Origin: Candidatus Levybacteria bacterium RIFCSPLOWO2_02_FULL_37_18 | GTDB taxonomy: Bacteria > Patescibacteriota > Microgenomatia > Levybacterales > UBA12049 | Assembly (NCBI GenBank): GCA_001784115.1 | Contig: MFPD01000011.1 | Location: 28,869-92,868, forward strand | Length of the DNA: 64,000 nt | Direction of reading: 5' to 3' | In this document: positions 1 to 8,664 of the stretch, piece by piece | How the letters are laid out: the number at the start of each line of letters is the position of its first letter | Numbering within the stretch: position 1 is the first letter of the stretch | The notes under the pieces: model-generated | Databases searched by the model: none | What the model was told of the DNA's origin: nothing | Seen by the model: only the letters and a program-made list of their open reading frames with translations | Program-made: the position numbers and the translations under genes

Positions 1-2223
1 ATTTTCTTCAATGGCCGCAATTTTTTCTTCCGCCTTAGCAATGAGATTATTCTTTTCTTCAATCATTTCATTGTCAAACACAGAAACCGATATTCCTGAA
101 ATGGTGGATCCATAAAATCCAAATTCTTTAATACTGTCAATTAGTTTAGCTACTTCTTCATCGTCGCACGTTGCGATAGCTTCGGTTATTATCTTTTTAA
201 TTCCGGATGCTTTTATAGCTGTATTTACATACCCAAGTTTTTTGGGTAATCTTTCGTTAAACAGAAGTCTCCCAATAGTTGTTTCGAAAACTCCTCCGTC
301 GATTCTGACCATAATCGGTTCGCGAAGACCAATTTTCTCAAATGAATATGCAAGTATTGCTTCCTGTCTGTCTATAAAAGAAGACATATGTTCCTTACTC
401 AAACTTTCATCAATTGTCGTAAGGTAAAAAGTGCCCAAAGCCATTTCTTTATTTGGCAATGTAATAGGGCTTCCATCTGCGGGCTTTAATAGATTGTGGT
501 TTGGCATCATTAAAAGTATGGCTTCTTCTTGAGCTTTTTTAGAAAGAGGTATATGAACAGCCATTTGGTCTCCGTCAAAGTCTGCGTTGTACCCGGCACA
601 AACACAGGGATGAAGCTGAATTGCTGATCCCTCTGTAAGTACAGGATAAAATGCCTGAATTCCTAATTTATGGAGTGTTGGCGCCCGGTTAAGTAAAACC
701 GGGTGATTTTTTGTAATTTCTTCCAAAATATCAAATACTTGAGGCGGTTTTTTCTCGATAAACCGTTTGGCAGATTTGATATTTGGAGCAAAACCTCTGA
801 CAATTACTTCTCGCAACACAAAGGGTTTAAACATCTCAAGCGCCATTTCTTTTGGCAACCCACATTCGTTTAGCTTTAGATGTGGACCAACCACAATAAC
901 TGACCGTCCTGAATAATCTACACGTTTTCCCAAAAGATTTTGCCTAAATCTACCTTGTTTGCCTCGTAACATTTCAGAAAGAGAACGAAGCGGAGAAACC
1001 ACAACCTGAGTTGCACGAGGCGACACATCAATAAGTGAATCGACTGATTCCTGAAGCATTCGTTTTTCGTTTCTTAAAATAATTTCTGGAGCACCCAAAG
1101 CGATAAGATGTTTCAACCTGTTATTTCTATTTATGACCCGTCTGTACAAATCATTCAAATCAGATGTGGCAAATCGTCCTCCAGCAAGCTGTACCATGGG
1201 TCTTAAATCGGGAGGAAGAACCGGTAAAACGGTAAATACCATAGATGTAGACTTAATACCTGCTTTTCTCATGCCGTCTATGAGTCTAAGCCGTTTTACT
1301 ACTTTAAGATACTTCTGCCCGGTTGTTTTTTGTGCTTCTTCTCGAAGAGAGTTGGTCAAAGCAGTAAAATCAATTTTTTGCAAGAGTTCAAAAAGCGCTT
1401 CCGCACCAGTCTTGACGGTAAAAAACTGAGGAATGTCGTATTCTAAAATCTTAAAATATTCTTCTTCGGATAATACGCTTCCTACCTTAAGATTTCTGAC
1501 TATATGAACCAAAGCATCTGATATTTCTTCAAGTTTTTTTTCTTCCTCTTCAAAACGTTCTGTAATTGCAGCCATTTTTTGCCGTTTTAAGTATTCCAGT
1601 TCTTCACCTATGAGGTCTTTCTGCTCCTTGTTGATGCTGGTTAATTTTGCTTCAAGACGCTTTTGTAAAATTTCTTCAGTAACACGCTTCTCTTCCTCTG
1701 CTAAATCTTTTTTTTTGAGCTTTTTTCGCTCAACCAAAGAAGCAGAAAGAGTTTTAAATGCTTCTTTTTTCTTGTCTTCGTTAATATTAACTATAAGATA
1801 TGAGGCATAATAAATAACCGACTCCAAATCTTTTTGTGAAATATCTAAAAGTAAAGACGTGGGAGACGAAGCACCCTTAAAAAACCATACATGCGATACC
1901 GCAGATGCAAGGATAATATGTCCAACTCTCTCTCTTCTGACTCGGGAAAGCGTTACTTCTACACCGCATTTGTCACAAATAATTCCTCTATATCTAATTC
2001 TTTTATATTTACCACAGTAGCACTCCCAGTCTTTTGTGGGGCCAAAAATTCTCTCGTCAAACAAACCGTCTTTTTCCGGACGAAGCGTCCTGTAGTTAAT
2101 TGTTTCAGGCTTCGTGACCTCGCCATACGACCAATTAAGAATATCTTCTTTACTGGCAAGTAAAATTTTAAGCGATTTAAAATCTAATATTGTTGGATCT
2201 TTTATTTTTTTGCTGCTATTCAT
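1..2223 (-). CDS. rpoC: RNA polymerase beta' subunit (5' part; runs off the window)
   Basis: Manual translation from ATG 2223: WSYGEVTKPETINYRT, CYCGKYK/CDKCGVEV Zn finger, NADFDGDQM catalytic motif near 565-590. Confidence 0.98.
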   Translation of the reverse strand, partial: MNSSKKIKDPTILDFKSLKILLASKEDILNWSYGEVTKPETINYRTLRPEKDGLFDERIFGPTKDWECYCGKYKRIRYRGIICDKCGVEVTLSRVRRERVGHIILASAVSHVWFFKGASSPTSLLLDISQKDLESVIYYASYLIVNINEDKKKEAFKTLSASLVERKKLKKKDLAEEEKRVTEEILQKRLEAKLTSINKEQKDLIGEELEYLKRQKMAAITERFEEEEKKLEEISDALVHIVRNLKVGSVLSEEEYFKILEYDIPQFFTVKTGAEALFELLQKIDFTALTNSLREEAQKTTGQKYLKVVKRLRLIDGMRKAGIKSTSMVFTVLPVLPPDLRPMVQLAGGRFATSDLNDLYRRVINRNNRLKHLIALGAPEIILRNEKRMLQESVDSLIDVSPRATQVVVSPLRSLSEMLRGKQGRFRQNLLGKRVDYSGRSVIVVGPHLKLNECGLPKEMALEMFKPFVLREVIVRGFAPNIKSAKRFIEKKPPQVFDILEEITKNHPVLLNRAPTLHKLGIQAFYPVLTEGSAIQLHPCVCAGYNADFDGDQMAVHIPLSKKAQEEAILLMMPNHNLLKPADGSPITLPNKEMALGTFYLTTIDESLSKEHMSSFIDRQEAILAYSFEKIGLREPIMVRIDGGVFETTIGRLLFNERLPKKLGYVNTAIKASGIKKIITEAIATCDDEEVAKLIDSIKEFGFYGSTISGISVSVFDNEMIEEKNNLIAKAEEKIAAIEEN

Positions 2224-2244
2224 AGCTATTCATAGCATAGAATT

Positions 2245-5200
2245 TTATTCTCTTGCTTCTTTATCTACATTTGCCTCCGGAACTATACTTGTTTTCAAAT
2301 CCCCCGTTGCAACTTCACTTGCGCCTAATTGCCTTTGCATTTCATTTGCTTCTTGTTTGACTTTTTCTTCTTGACTTGCAGACATAATCCCTTCTGTTGG
2401 TTCCGCCTCAACTATTATGGCGGGTTTTATGGGTACGACATTGAGTCCCAAAGCCTGAAGTTCTTTAATCAAAACTTTAAACGATTCAGGAACTTTTGGT
2501 GTTGGGATATCAGTCCCTTTTACAATAGCCTCAAATGCTTTTGCTCTTCCAACGACATCATCTGATTTAATGGTTAACATTTCTTGTAGTGTATAGGCAG
2601 CTCTATGAGCTTCAAGTGCCCATACTTCCATTTCTCCCAGTCTTTGTCCTCCCATTTGTGCTTTTCCACCGAGCGGTTGCTGGGTAACTAAAGAATAAGG
2701 TCCTGTAGAACGGGCATGAGTTTTATCCTCAACCATATGAATAAGTTTCATCATATATTCGATGCCCACCATAACTGGGTTTTTATACGCTTCGCCTGTT
2801 CTTCCGTCATAAAGCGTAACCTTTCCGTTTACAGGAAGACCAGCTTTTTTAAGCACAGATACGATTTTATCTTCTTTTATGTCTTCGAATACAGGAACTG
2901 CAAGCTTTGTAGAGAGTTTTTTTGCTGCCCAACCCAAATGAGCTTCTAAAAGCTGACCTAAATTCATACGAGCCAAAACCGAAATCGGAGAAATTACGAT
3001 ATCAACCGGCGTACCGTCCTCTAAACACGGCATATCTGCAACGGGTAAAATCTTTGAAATAACTCCTTTGTTGCCGTGTCTTCCTGCCAGCTTATCTCCT
3101 ACAACTACGTGTCTAAATTGGGCTACCTCAACGATAATTTTTCGAATCGCCCCCGGCTCTAATTCGTCACCCTTTTTCCTGTCCAATATCGAAACACTGA
3201 TTACTGTCCCTCTTTCCCCATGAGGTATGCGCAACGATGTGTCTCTGACTTCTCTTGCTTGCTCTCCAAAGATTGCCCGAAGCAGTCTTTCTTCTGCGGT
3301 TAGTTCTGTTTCTCCTTTTGGAGCGATTTTACCCACTAGTATATCTCCCGGTCCCACTTCGCTTCCAATAACCACAATTCCATCTTCGTCTAAATTTGCC
3401 AAATCTTCATCAGAAACATTAGGAATATCCCTTGTGGTTTCTTCCGGACCAAGTTTTGTTTCTACAACAGAAGCTTCGTATTTCTCGATATGAATTGACG
3501 ACAACACATCTTCTTTAACGAGCCTGTCGGAAATAACAATTGCATCTTCATACCCCAAGCCGTCTAAAGAAGCATACGCTATTAAAAGATTCTGTCCCAA
3601 AGCCAACTCTCCATTTTCAGACGCGGGACCATCAATTAATACATCTCCTTTTCTAACTCTTTGCCCACGAAGTACGTATAGTTTTTGCGTATACGAGGTT
3701 GCTTGTGAAGTTCGTTTGAATGATTCAATGGTATAGGTCACTTTTTGACCTTTGTCACCTTGGAATACTAAGCTACTTGCGTCAGCATGAAGCACTCTTC
3801 CATCGAATGGGGCTCTGACAACCCGATTCATAACCCCTGAGACTTCCCTTTCCATATTTGTCCCAACCACAGGGCTCTCGGGTTTAACAAGCGGTACTGC
3901 CTGACACTGCATATGGGTTCCCATAAGCGCCCTGTTTGCTTCGTCGTGATTAATAAATGGAATTAAAGAAGCCGCTGTCCCAAATACCTGTCTTGGGATG
4001 ACGTCAATGTATTCTATTTTCTCTTTGTCAACTTCTATAAATTCTCCTCTAAATCGAACAGGCACTCTCTCCGCTTCGATGGTATCTTTATCAGACAAAA
4101 CCAACGCGGCAGTTATATAATGCTCTGCTTCATCATCAGCGTCTAGGTATACAATTTCATCGGTTGCTTTTATGGTTATTTTTCCTCCTCGTTTTTCTTT
4201 TACTACTTTTCTGTACGGCGCTTCTAAAAATCCACAATCATTGACTCGTGTGTATAACGCCATGTATGTAACAAGACCAATATTAGGTCCCTCAGGAGAC
4301 CTGATTGGGCAAATTCGGGAATACTGAGAACTGTTTATATCCCGAATTGAAAATGCTGCTCGTTCTCTTGAGATTCCACCGGTTCCCATAACTGTCAGTC
4401 TGTTTAAATTATCAATTTCAGAAAGCGGATTAGTCTGATCTAAAATAGTTGATAATTGTGATGTTCTAAAAAACTCATTAATAGAAGCCATAATTGGTCG
4501 GGCATTAATCAAACTAGCAACAGATACCGGAATATCCGGCTGGATAAGACTCATACGCTCTTTAATACTTCGCTCAAGTCGTAAAACTCCTACTCGAAAT
4601 GCCGTGGTTGCAACCAATTCTCCTACTCTTCTGACTCGTCTATTGGCCAAACTGTCGATATCATCAACCGTACCCTGTCCGCTCTTCAAAAGAATTAAAT
4701 ACCCAATGGTTGCAATAATATCTTCTATTGCAAGAACTCTTTCCTCTGTGGTTCTAAAGCCTGGTACATTTGATAACTTTTTGTTTATTTTGTATCTACC
4801 AACAGTTCCTAAGTCGTATCTCCTGTTATTAAAAAATAGGCTAATAAAGTTTTCTCTTACTTTATCTAACACAACAGGCTCACCTGGGTGCATTTTTTTA
4901 AAGATTTCGATTGTGGCTTCTGTTTCGTTTTGGGTTTCGTCTTTCTCAAGGGTATTTTCGATAAACGATTTTTCACCATTTTCTATACTTGAATCTTTAA
5001 GTGCTGCAAATTTATCCAAAATGTTTTGATTTGAAGAAAGACCTAATGCTCTTAAAAAGGTAGTTACGGGAAATTTCCTTCGCCTATCGATTTTTACGCT
5101 AATCGTATCGTGCCGGGTTGTAGAAAATTCTAACCACGAACCATGAATAGGCCTAATTTCTGCTATATATAAAGGTTTTCCTGTAACCGGATCTGGCACA

Positions 5201-5643
5201 GAAGTATAAAAAACGCCCGGAGAACGGACGAGTTGGTTAACAACAGCTCTTTCAATACCATTAATAATAAAAGTACCCCTATCGGTCATTTGCGGGATAT
5301 CTCCTAAAAACACTTCTGCTGTGTGATTTTTGCCTGTTTTTTTATTAGTTAGAATTGCTTTTACGTATAAAGGAGCATCAAAAGTCAAGCCTTTTGCTAA
5401 AGCTGTAACAGGATCATTTGTGGTTTTCCCCAAACGGTAATTAGTTAAAGACAATGTCCAATTTTTTTCTGTGAAATCGTCAATTGGAGAAATTTCATGT
5501 AAAATCTCTCCGATTGCTTTTTCTTCAAACCACTTATAAGACTGTTTTTGTGCGGCAAGTAAATCCAATTGAGGCTCAATAGAGTATTTTCTTCCCCAAT
5601 TCTCTCGTACTATGTTGTTTGTTTTTGTATCTTTTTTAGCCAT
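2245..5643 (-). CDS. rpoB: RNA polymerase beta subunit
   Basis: GDKLAGRHGNKG and GGQRLGEMEVWALEA motifs; upstream of rpoC. Confidence 0.99.
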   Translation of the reverse strand: MAKKDTKTNNIVRENWGRKYSIEPQLDLLAAQKQSYKWFEEKAIGEILHEISPIDDFTEKNWTLSLTNYRLGKTTNDPVTALAKGLTFDAPLYVKAILTNKKTGKNHTAEVFLGDIPQMTDRGTFIINGIERAVVNQLVRSPGVFYTSVPDPVTGKPLYIAEIRPIHGSWLEFSTTRHDTISVKIDRRRKFPVTTFLRALGLSSNQNILDKFAALKDSSIENGEKSFIENTLEKDETQNETEATIEIFKKMHPGEPVVLDKVRENFISLFFNNRRYDLGTVGRYKINKKLSNVPGFRTTEERVLAIEDIIATIGYLILLKSGQGTVDDIDSLANRRVRRVGELVATTAFRVGVLRLERSIKERMSLIQPDIPVSVASLINARPIMASINEFFRTSQLSTILDQTNPLSEIDNLNRLTVMGTGGISRERAAFSIRDINSSQYSRICPIRSPEGPNIGLVTYMALYTRVNDCGFLEAPYRKVVKEKRGGKITIKATDEIVYLDADDEAEHYITAALVLSDKDTIEAERVPVRFRGEFIEVDKEKIEYIDVIPRQVFGTAASLIPFINHDEANRALMGTHMQCQAVPLVKPESPVVGTNMEREVSGVMNRVVRAPFDGRVLHADASSLVFQGDKGQKVTYTIESFKRTSQATSYTQKLYVLRGQRVRKGDVLIDGPASENGELALGQNLLIAYASLDGLGYEDAIVISDRLVKEDVLSSIHIEKYEASVVETKLGPEETTRDIPNVSDEDLANLDEDGIVVIGSEVGPGDILVGKIAPKGETELTAEERLLRAIFGEQAREVRDTSLRIPHGERGTVISVSILDRKKGDELEPGAIRKIIVEVAQFRHVVVGDKLAGRHGNKGVISKILPVADMPCLEDGTPVDIVISPISVLARMNLGQLLEAHLGWAAKKLSTKLAVPVFEDIKEDKIVSVLKKAGLPVNGKVTLYDGRTGEAYKNPVMVGIEYMMKLIHMVEDKTHARSTGPYSLVTQQPLGGKAQMGGQRLGEMEVWALEAHRAAYTLQEMLTIKSDDVVGRAKAFEAIVKGTDIPTPKVPESFKVLIKELQALGLNVVPIKPAIIVEAEPTEGIMSASQEEKVKQEANEMQRQLGASEVATGDLKTSIVPEANVDKEARE

Positions 5644-5674
5644 TTGCTTTCTTATATTGCGGGCCGTTTACAAC

Positions 5675-5702
5675 AAAAAAAATAAGCAGTCCCACAGGAC
5701 TG
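5675..5702 (-). terminator. Terminator-like hairpin in the rpoB 5' leader (possible attenuator)
   Basis: Minus strand CAGTCC-TGTG-GGACTG then CTTATTTTTTTT, about 30 nt before the rpoB ATG. Confidence 0.55.
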
Positions 5703-5776
5703 TCATCTTTTAGAAAAGATAGAGTAAACTACTTATAACACACCTTGAACAGCGGTGTCAAGGCCTGAAAATATTG

Positions 5777-5943
5777 GTAACTGTTTACACTTCTGACACG
5801 ATTTTGTCATTCTGGAGGCTGAAAGCCGACTTGCCTGCCGGCAGGTAGGTAGAATCTCTCCCAAAGTTAGATGCTATCGCTACGCCGAGTCAGACTCGGC
5901 TGCGCTCCAGCATGACAATTTTATTAGAACTGTGAATAGTTAC
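5777..5943. mobile_element. MITE-like element carrying a TGTCAT..ATGACA palindrome with two nested mini-hairpins
   Basis: Terminal IRs GTAACTGTTTACACTTCTGA / TTAGAACTGTGAATAGTTAC (16/20 match); inner palindrome 5805-5917. Confidence 0.65.
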
Positions 5944-6022
5944 ACATTTGAAACTAACAAGTTGACATACCTAAGGATTTTTAATTATTGAACATTCTTT
6001 TCAAAAGAGATACCAGACGCGG

Positions 6023-6549
6023 TTAAATAGTTCTTCTAAATGAGACCGTAGTGGAATGGGTATTTTCAAATGGGGTTTTGTCGGTCCAACAAATCTGGTA
6101 TTTACTTATTTCTGACAAAGTATGTCGAGTAAATCCATTTGCTCATGAGGAAACTCATGACTATACCCATATTTTCCAGAATCAGTGACTATATATTCAA
6201 CCGAATCATCAAGCATTAAACGAGTAAAATGAGCCAGTCTTCCATTTCCCCCACCAACTTCTAAAACTCGAATCGGTTTACCTGCTGATGCTCCTAATCC
6301 TTTCGCACGCAAATGTAAATATCGAGAAAATGCGTCAATAAACTCAACGGTTAATAGTTCGTAAAAATTCTTTCTACTCTTAGAATCTATACCAAAACAA
6401 AATAAATCCCATTCATTTTTATCAGAGGGTACGCTATGGTCAAAAACAGACCATACTTCTACAAGAGTTGGCAAATGCTTCGGATCATTTAATCGCTATC
6501 TTATTGCTTCTTTACTATCTACTTCCTGCTTTTCTAAAACTTCTATCAT
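6023..6549 (-). pseudogene. SAM-dependent methyltransferase-like pseudogene
   Basis: ATG 6549, in-frame TAG at 6496-6498, motif I VLEVGGGNGRL; C-terminal QICWTD..TVSFRRTI is in another frame. Confidence 0.6.
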
Positions 6550-6554
6550 ATTAA

Positions 6555-6677
6555 GACTGTGAGTGAGACATAATTCACATTGTCATGCTGGATTTATTTC
6601 ACCGAGTCAGACTCGGTTTCAGCATCTCCATTTTATAGATTCTGAATCAAGTTCAGAATGACATTTATGTCCCAGTC
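6555..6677. mobile_element. MITE-like element with 7-bp target duplication carrying a TGTCAT..ATGACA palindrome
   Basis: ATATTAA at 6548-6554 and 6678-6684; IRs GAGTGAGACATAA / TTATGTCCCAGTC; inner palindrome 6581-6663. Confidence 0.7.
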
Positions 6678-7227
6678 ATATTAAGCGTATATCAAAAGTA
6701 AATTCTTGAAAGACGTTCTTCAGATTATTGGTAGTAGCTCAAATTGAAGTAGACATTATTTCACCTTAAACATTCTTATTTACGTATAATCTAGAAAAAA
6801 TACTTGCACTAATCTAAAAACAAAAAATAGGATTGACCATGCCAGAAAAAATAGAAAAATTAGTAATGGTATTGAGATTACTCATTTTACCATTTAGGCC
6901 ACTTCGCCCATTTCGGGGCTAAAATCAAACCTATTGGGTATACAAAGATCAGAAGTAAGACAGTAATAATAGATTTTGTATCCTCAGACATTCCATGATT
7001 TTTCTGCACCATAATTTCATTAAACTCTCTCTGTATTTGTCAAGAGTCAAAAAGATCAAAAAATTGTGATGTTTTTGTGATTAGAAATCCCGTGGAAAAT
7101 TAGAAAACAAATAGACGATTAAAATCTGAATTAGTTTCAATGTTTTGAAACATTTAAACTCATTCACCTTATCTATTTTACTCTTTTAGGAAAGCTTGTA
7201 AAGGGTGTTTGTCTGGAATTGTGTTCG

Positions 7228-7236
7228 TGCTATAAT
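7228..7236 (+). promoter_or_regulatory. Extended -10 promoter, leaderless alaS
   Basis: TGcTATAAT 6 nt before ATG 7243. Confidence 0.65.
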
Positions 7237-7242
7237 CTTTCT

Positions 7243-8655
7243 ATGACGGCAAAAGATATTATTGATACCTACATTTCTTTTTTCGAAGAAAGAGGACACA
7301 AAAAAATTGAAAATTCTCCGCTTGTATTGCAAAATGATCCGACAACTCTTTTCACAAGTGCCGGCATGCAGCCCTTAGTGCCATATTTGCTGGGAAAAGA
7401 ACATCCAGAAGGAAAAAGATTGGTAAATGTACAAAACTGTTTTCGCGCTCAGGATATTGATGAAGTCGGAGACAACAGACATACTACGTTTTTTAGAATG
7501 CTTGGCAATTGGAGTCTTGGGGATTATTTTAAAAAAGAAGAAGTTTCCTGGTTTTGGGAATTCTTAACCCAAAAGCTTACTATTCCAAAAGAACGGTTAT
7601 ACATAACAGTATTTAAAGGAACAAATGAAATTCCAAAAGACGAAGAAGCAGAGCAAGTTTGGAAAGAAATAATTCTACAGGAAGGAATGAATCCGAAAGA
7701 ACGGATTCTTTATTACGGTACAAAAAAAAATTGGTGGTCGCGCTCCGGAGTTCCGGAAAATATGCCTGCCGGAGAACCGGGAGGACCGGACACTGAAGTT
7801 TTTTATCGATTTAATATAGAGCATAATCCTGCTTTTGGAGATGTGTGCCACCCAAATTGCGACTGTGGCCGATTTATGGAAATTGCAAACTCAGTATTTA
7901 TGCAGTATGTTAAGCAGGAAAATGGATCATTCAAAGAGCTTCCTAAAAAAAATGTAGATTTTGGCGGAGGACTCGAAAGACTTCTTGCAGCAGTTGAAAA
8001 TATGCAGGACGTATTCCAAACCTCTCTTTTTGCTCCCATAGTTGCCGGAATTTCCCATGCAATTAACAAACCGTATTCTGAAGAATCAAAAGAAATTCGA
8101 ATTATTGCCGACCATTTTATTTCTGCCTGTTTTATTGCAGCAAATGACGTAATACCTTCTAATAAAGAACAAGGATATATTTTAAGAAGATTAATCAGAA
8201 GAGGACTTGACAGTTTTTATCAGCTGCAGGGAGGAAATCTTTCAGAGATTATCGAAACTATTGTTGATCAATATAAGAATACCGATCAGATTCTTTTAAC
8301 TAAGTTTGAACATATTAAGAACACAATTCTTGCCGAAGAAAATAGCTACAGTCAAACACGAAGAAACGCAAGGAAACTTATTACCAGAAAATATCCTTCG
8401 GCAAGCCATTCGGCCCGAGTTCAGGCCGAGGGCTTGGGGCAAGCAAGAATTGGAGATGAATTAAAAGGACAGGTTGAAATCTCGACAGAAGACGCTTTTG
8501 TGTTGTATACAGCTCACGGTCTTTCTCCTGCTCAAATTAAAAGCCTCGGGTTTTTGTTTAATGAGGATGAATTTGTACAAAAAATGAAAGAACACCAGCA
8601 GCGCTCAAAAATGTCAGGTACAAAAAAATTCGACAGAGTCAAAGAAATTAGGTAA
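7243..8655 (+). CDS. alaS: Alanyl-tRNA synthetase, short form (aminoacylation domains only)
   Basis: DPTTLFTSAGMQP, HTTFFRMLGNWSLGDYFK, VDFGGGLER; ends at about 470 aa with no editing domain. Confidence 0.95.
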   Translation: MTAKDIIDTYISFFEERGHKKIENSPLVLQNDPTTLFTSAGMQPLVPYLLGKEHPEGKRLVNVQNCFRAQDIDEVGDNRHTTFFRMLGNWSLGDYFKKEEVSWFWEFLTQKLTIPKERLYITVFKGTNEIPKDEEAEQVWKEIILQEGMNPKERILYYGTKKNWWSRSGVPENMPAGEPGGPDTEVFYRFNIEHNPAFGDVCHPNCDCGRFMEIANSVFMQYVKQENGSFKELPKKNVDFGGGLERLLAAVENMQDVFQTSLFAPIVAGISHAINKPYSEESKEIRIIADHFISACFIAANDVIPSNKEQGYILRRLIRRGLDSFYQLQGGNLSEIIETIVDQYKNTDQILLTKFEHIKNTILAEENSYSQTRRNARKLITRKYPSASHSARVQAEGLGQARIGDELKGQVEISTEDAFVLYTAHGLSPAQIKSLGFLFNEDEFVQKMKEHQQRSKMSGTKKFDRVKEIR

Positions 8656-8664
8656 TATATACCT

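Noticed and set aside
1500-1790. Charged helical insertion in RpoC as an intein
   Set aside because: No intein splice motifs; it resembles a lineage-specific coiled-coil insertion.
2214-2238. 10-bp tandem GCTATTCATA at the rpoB/rpoC junction
   Set aside because: Only two units; too short to interpret, though it may belong to the intercistronic array phenomenon.
6700-7200. 500-bp AT-rich gap before alaS as ncRNA, T-box or origin
   Set aside because: No T-box consensus, tRNA fold, DnaA-box cluster or credible ORF was seen; alaS appears leaderless.
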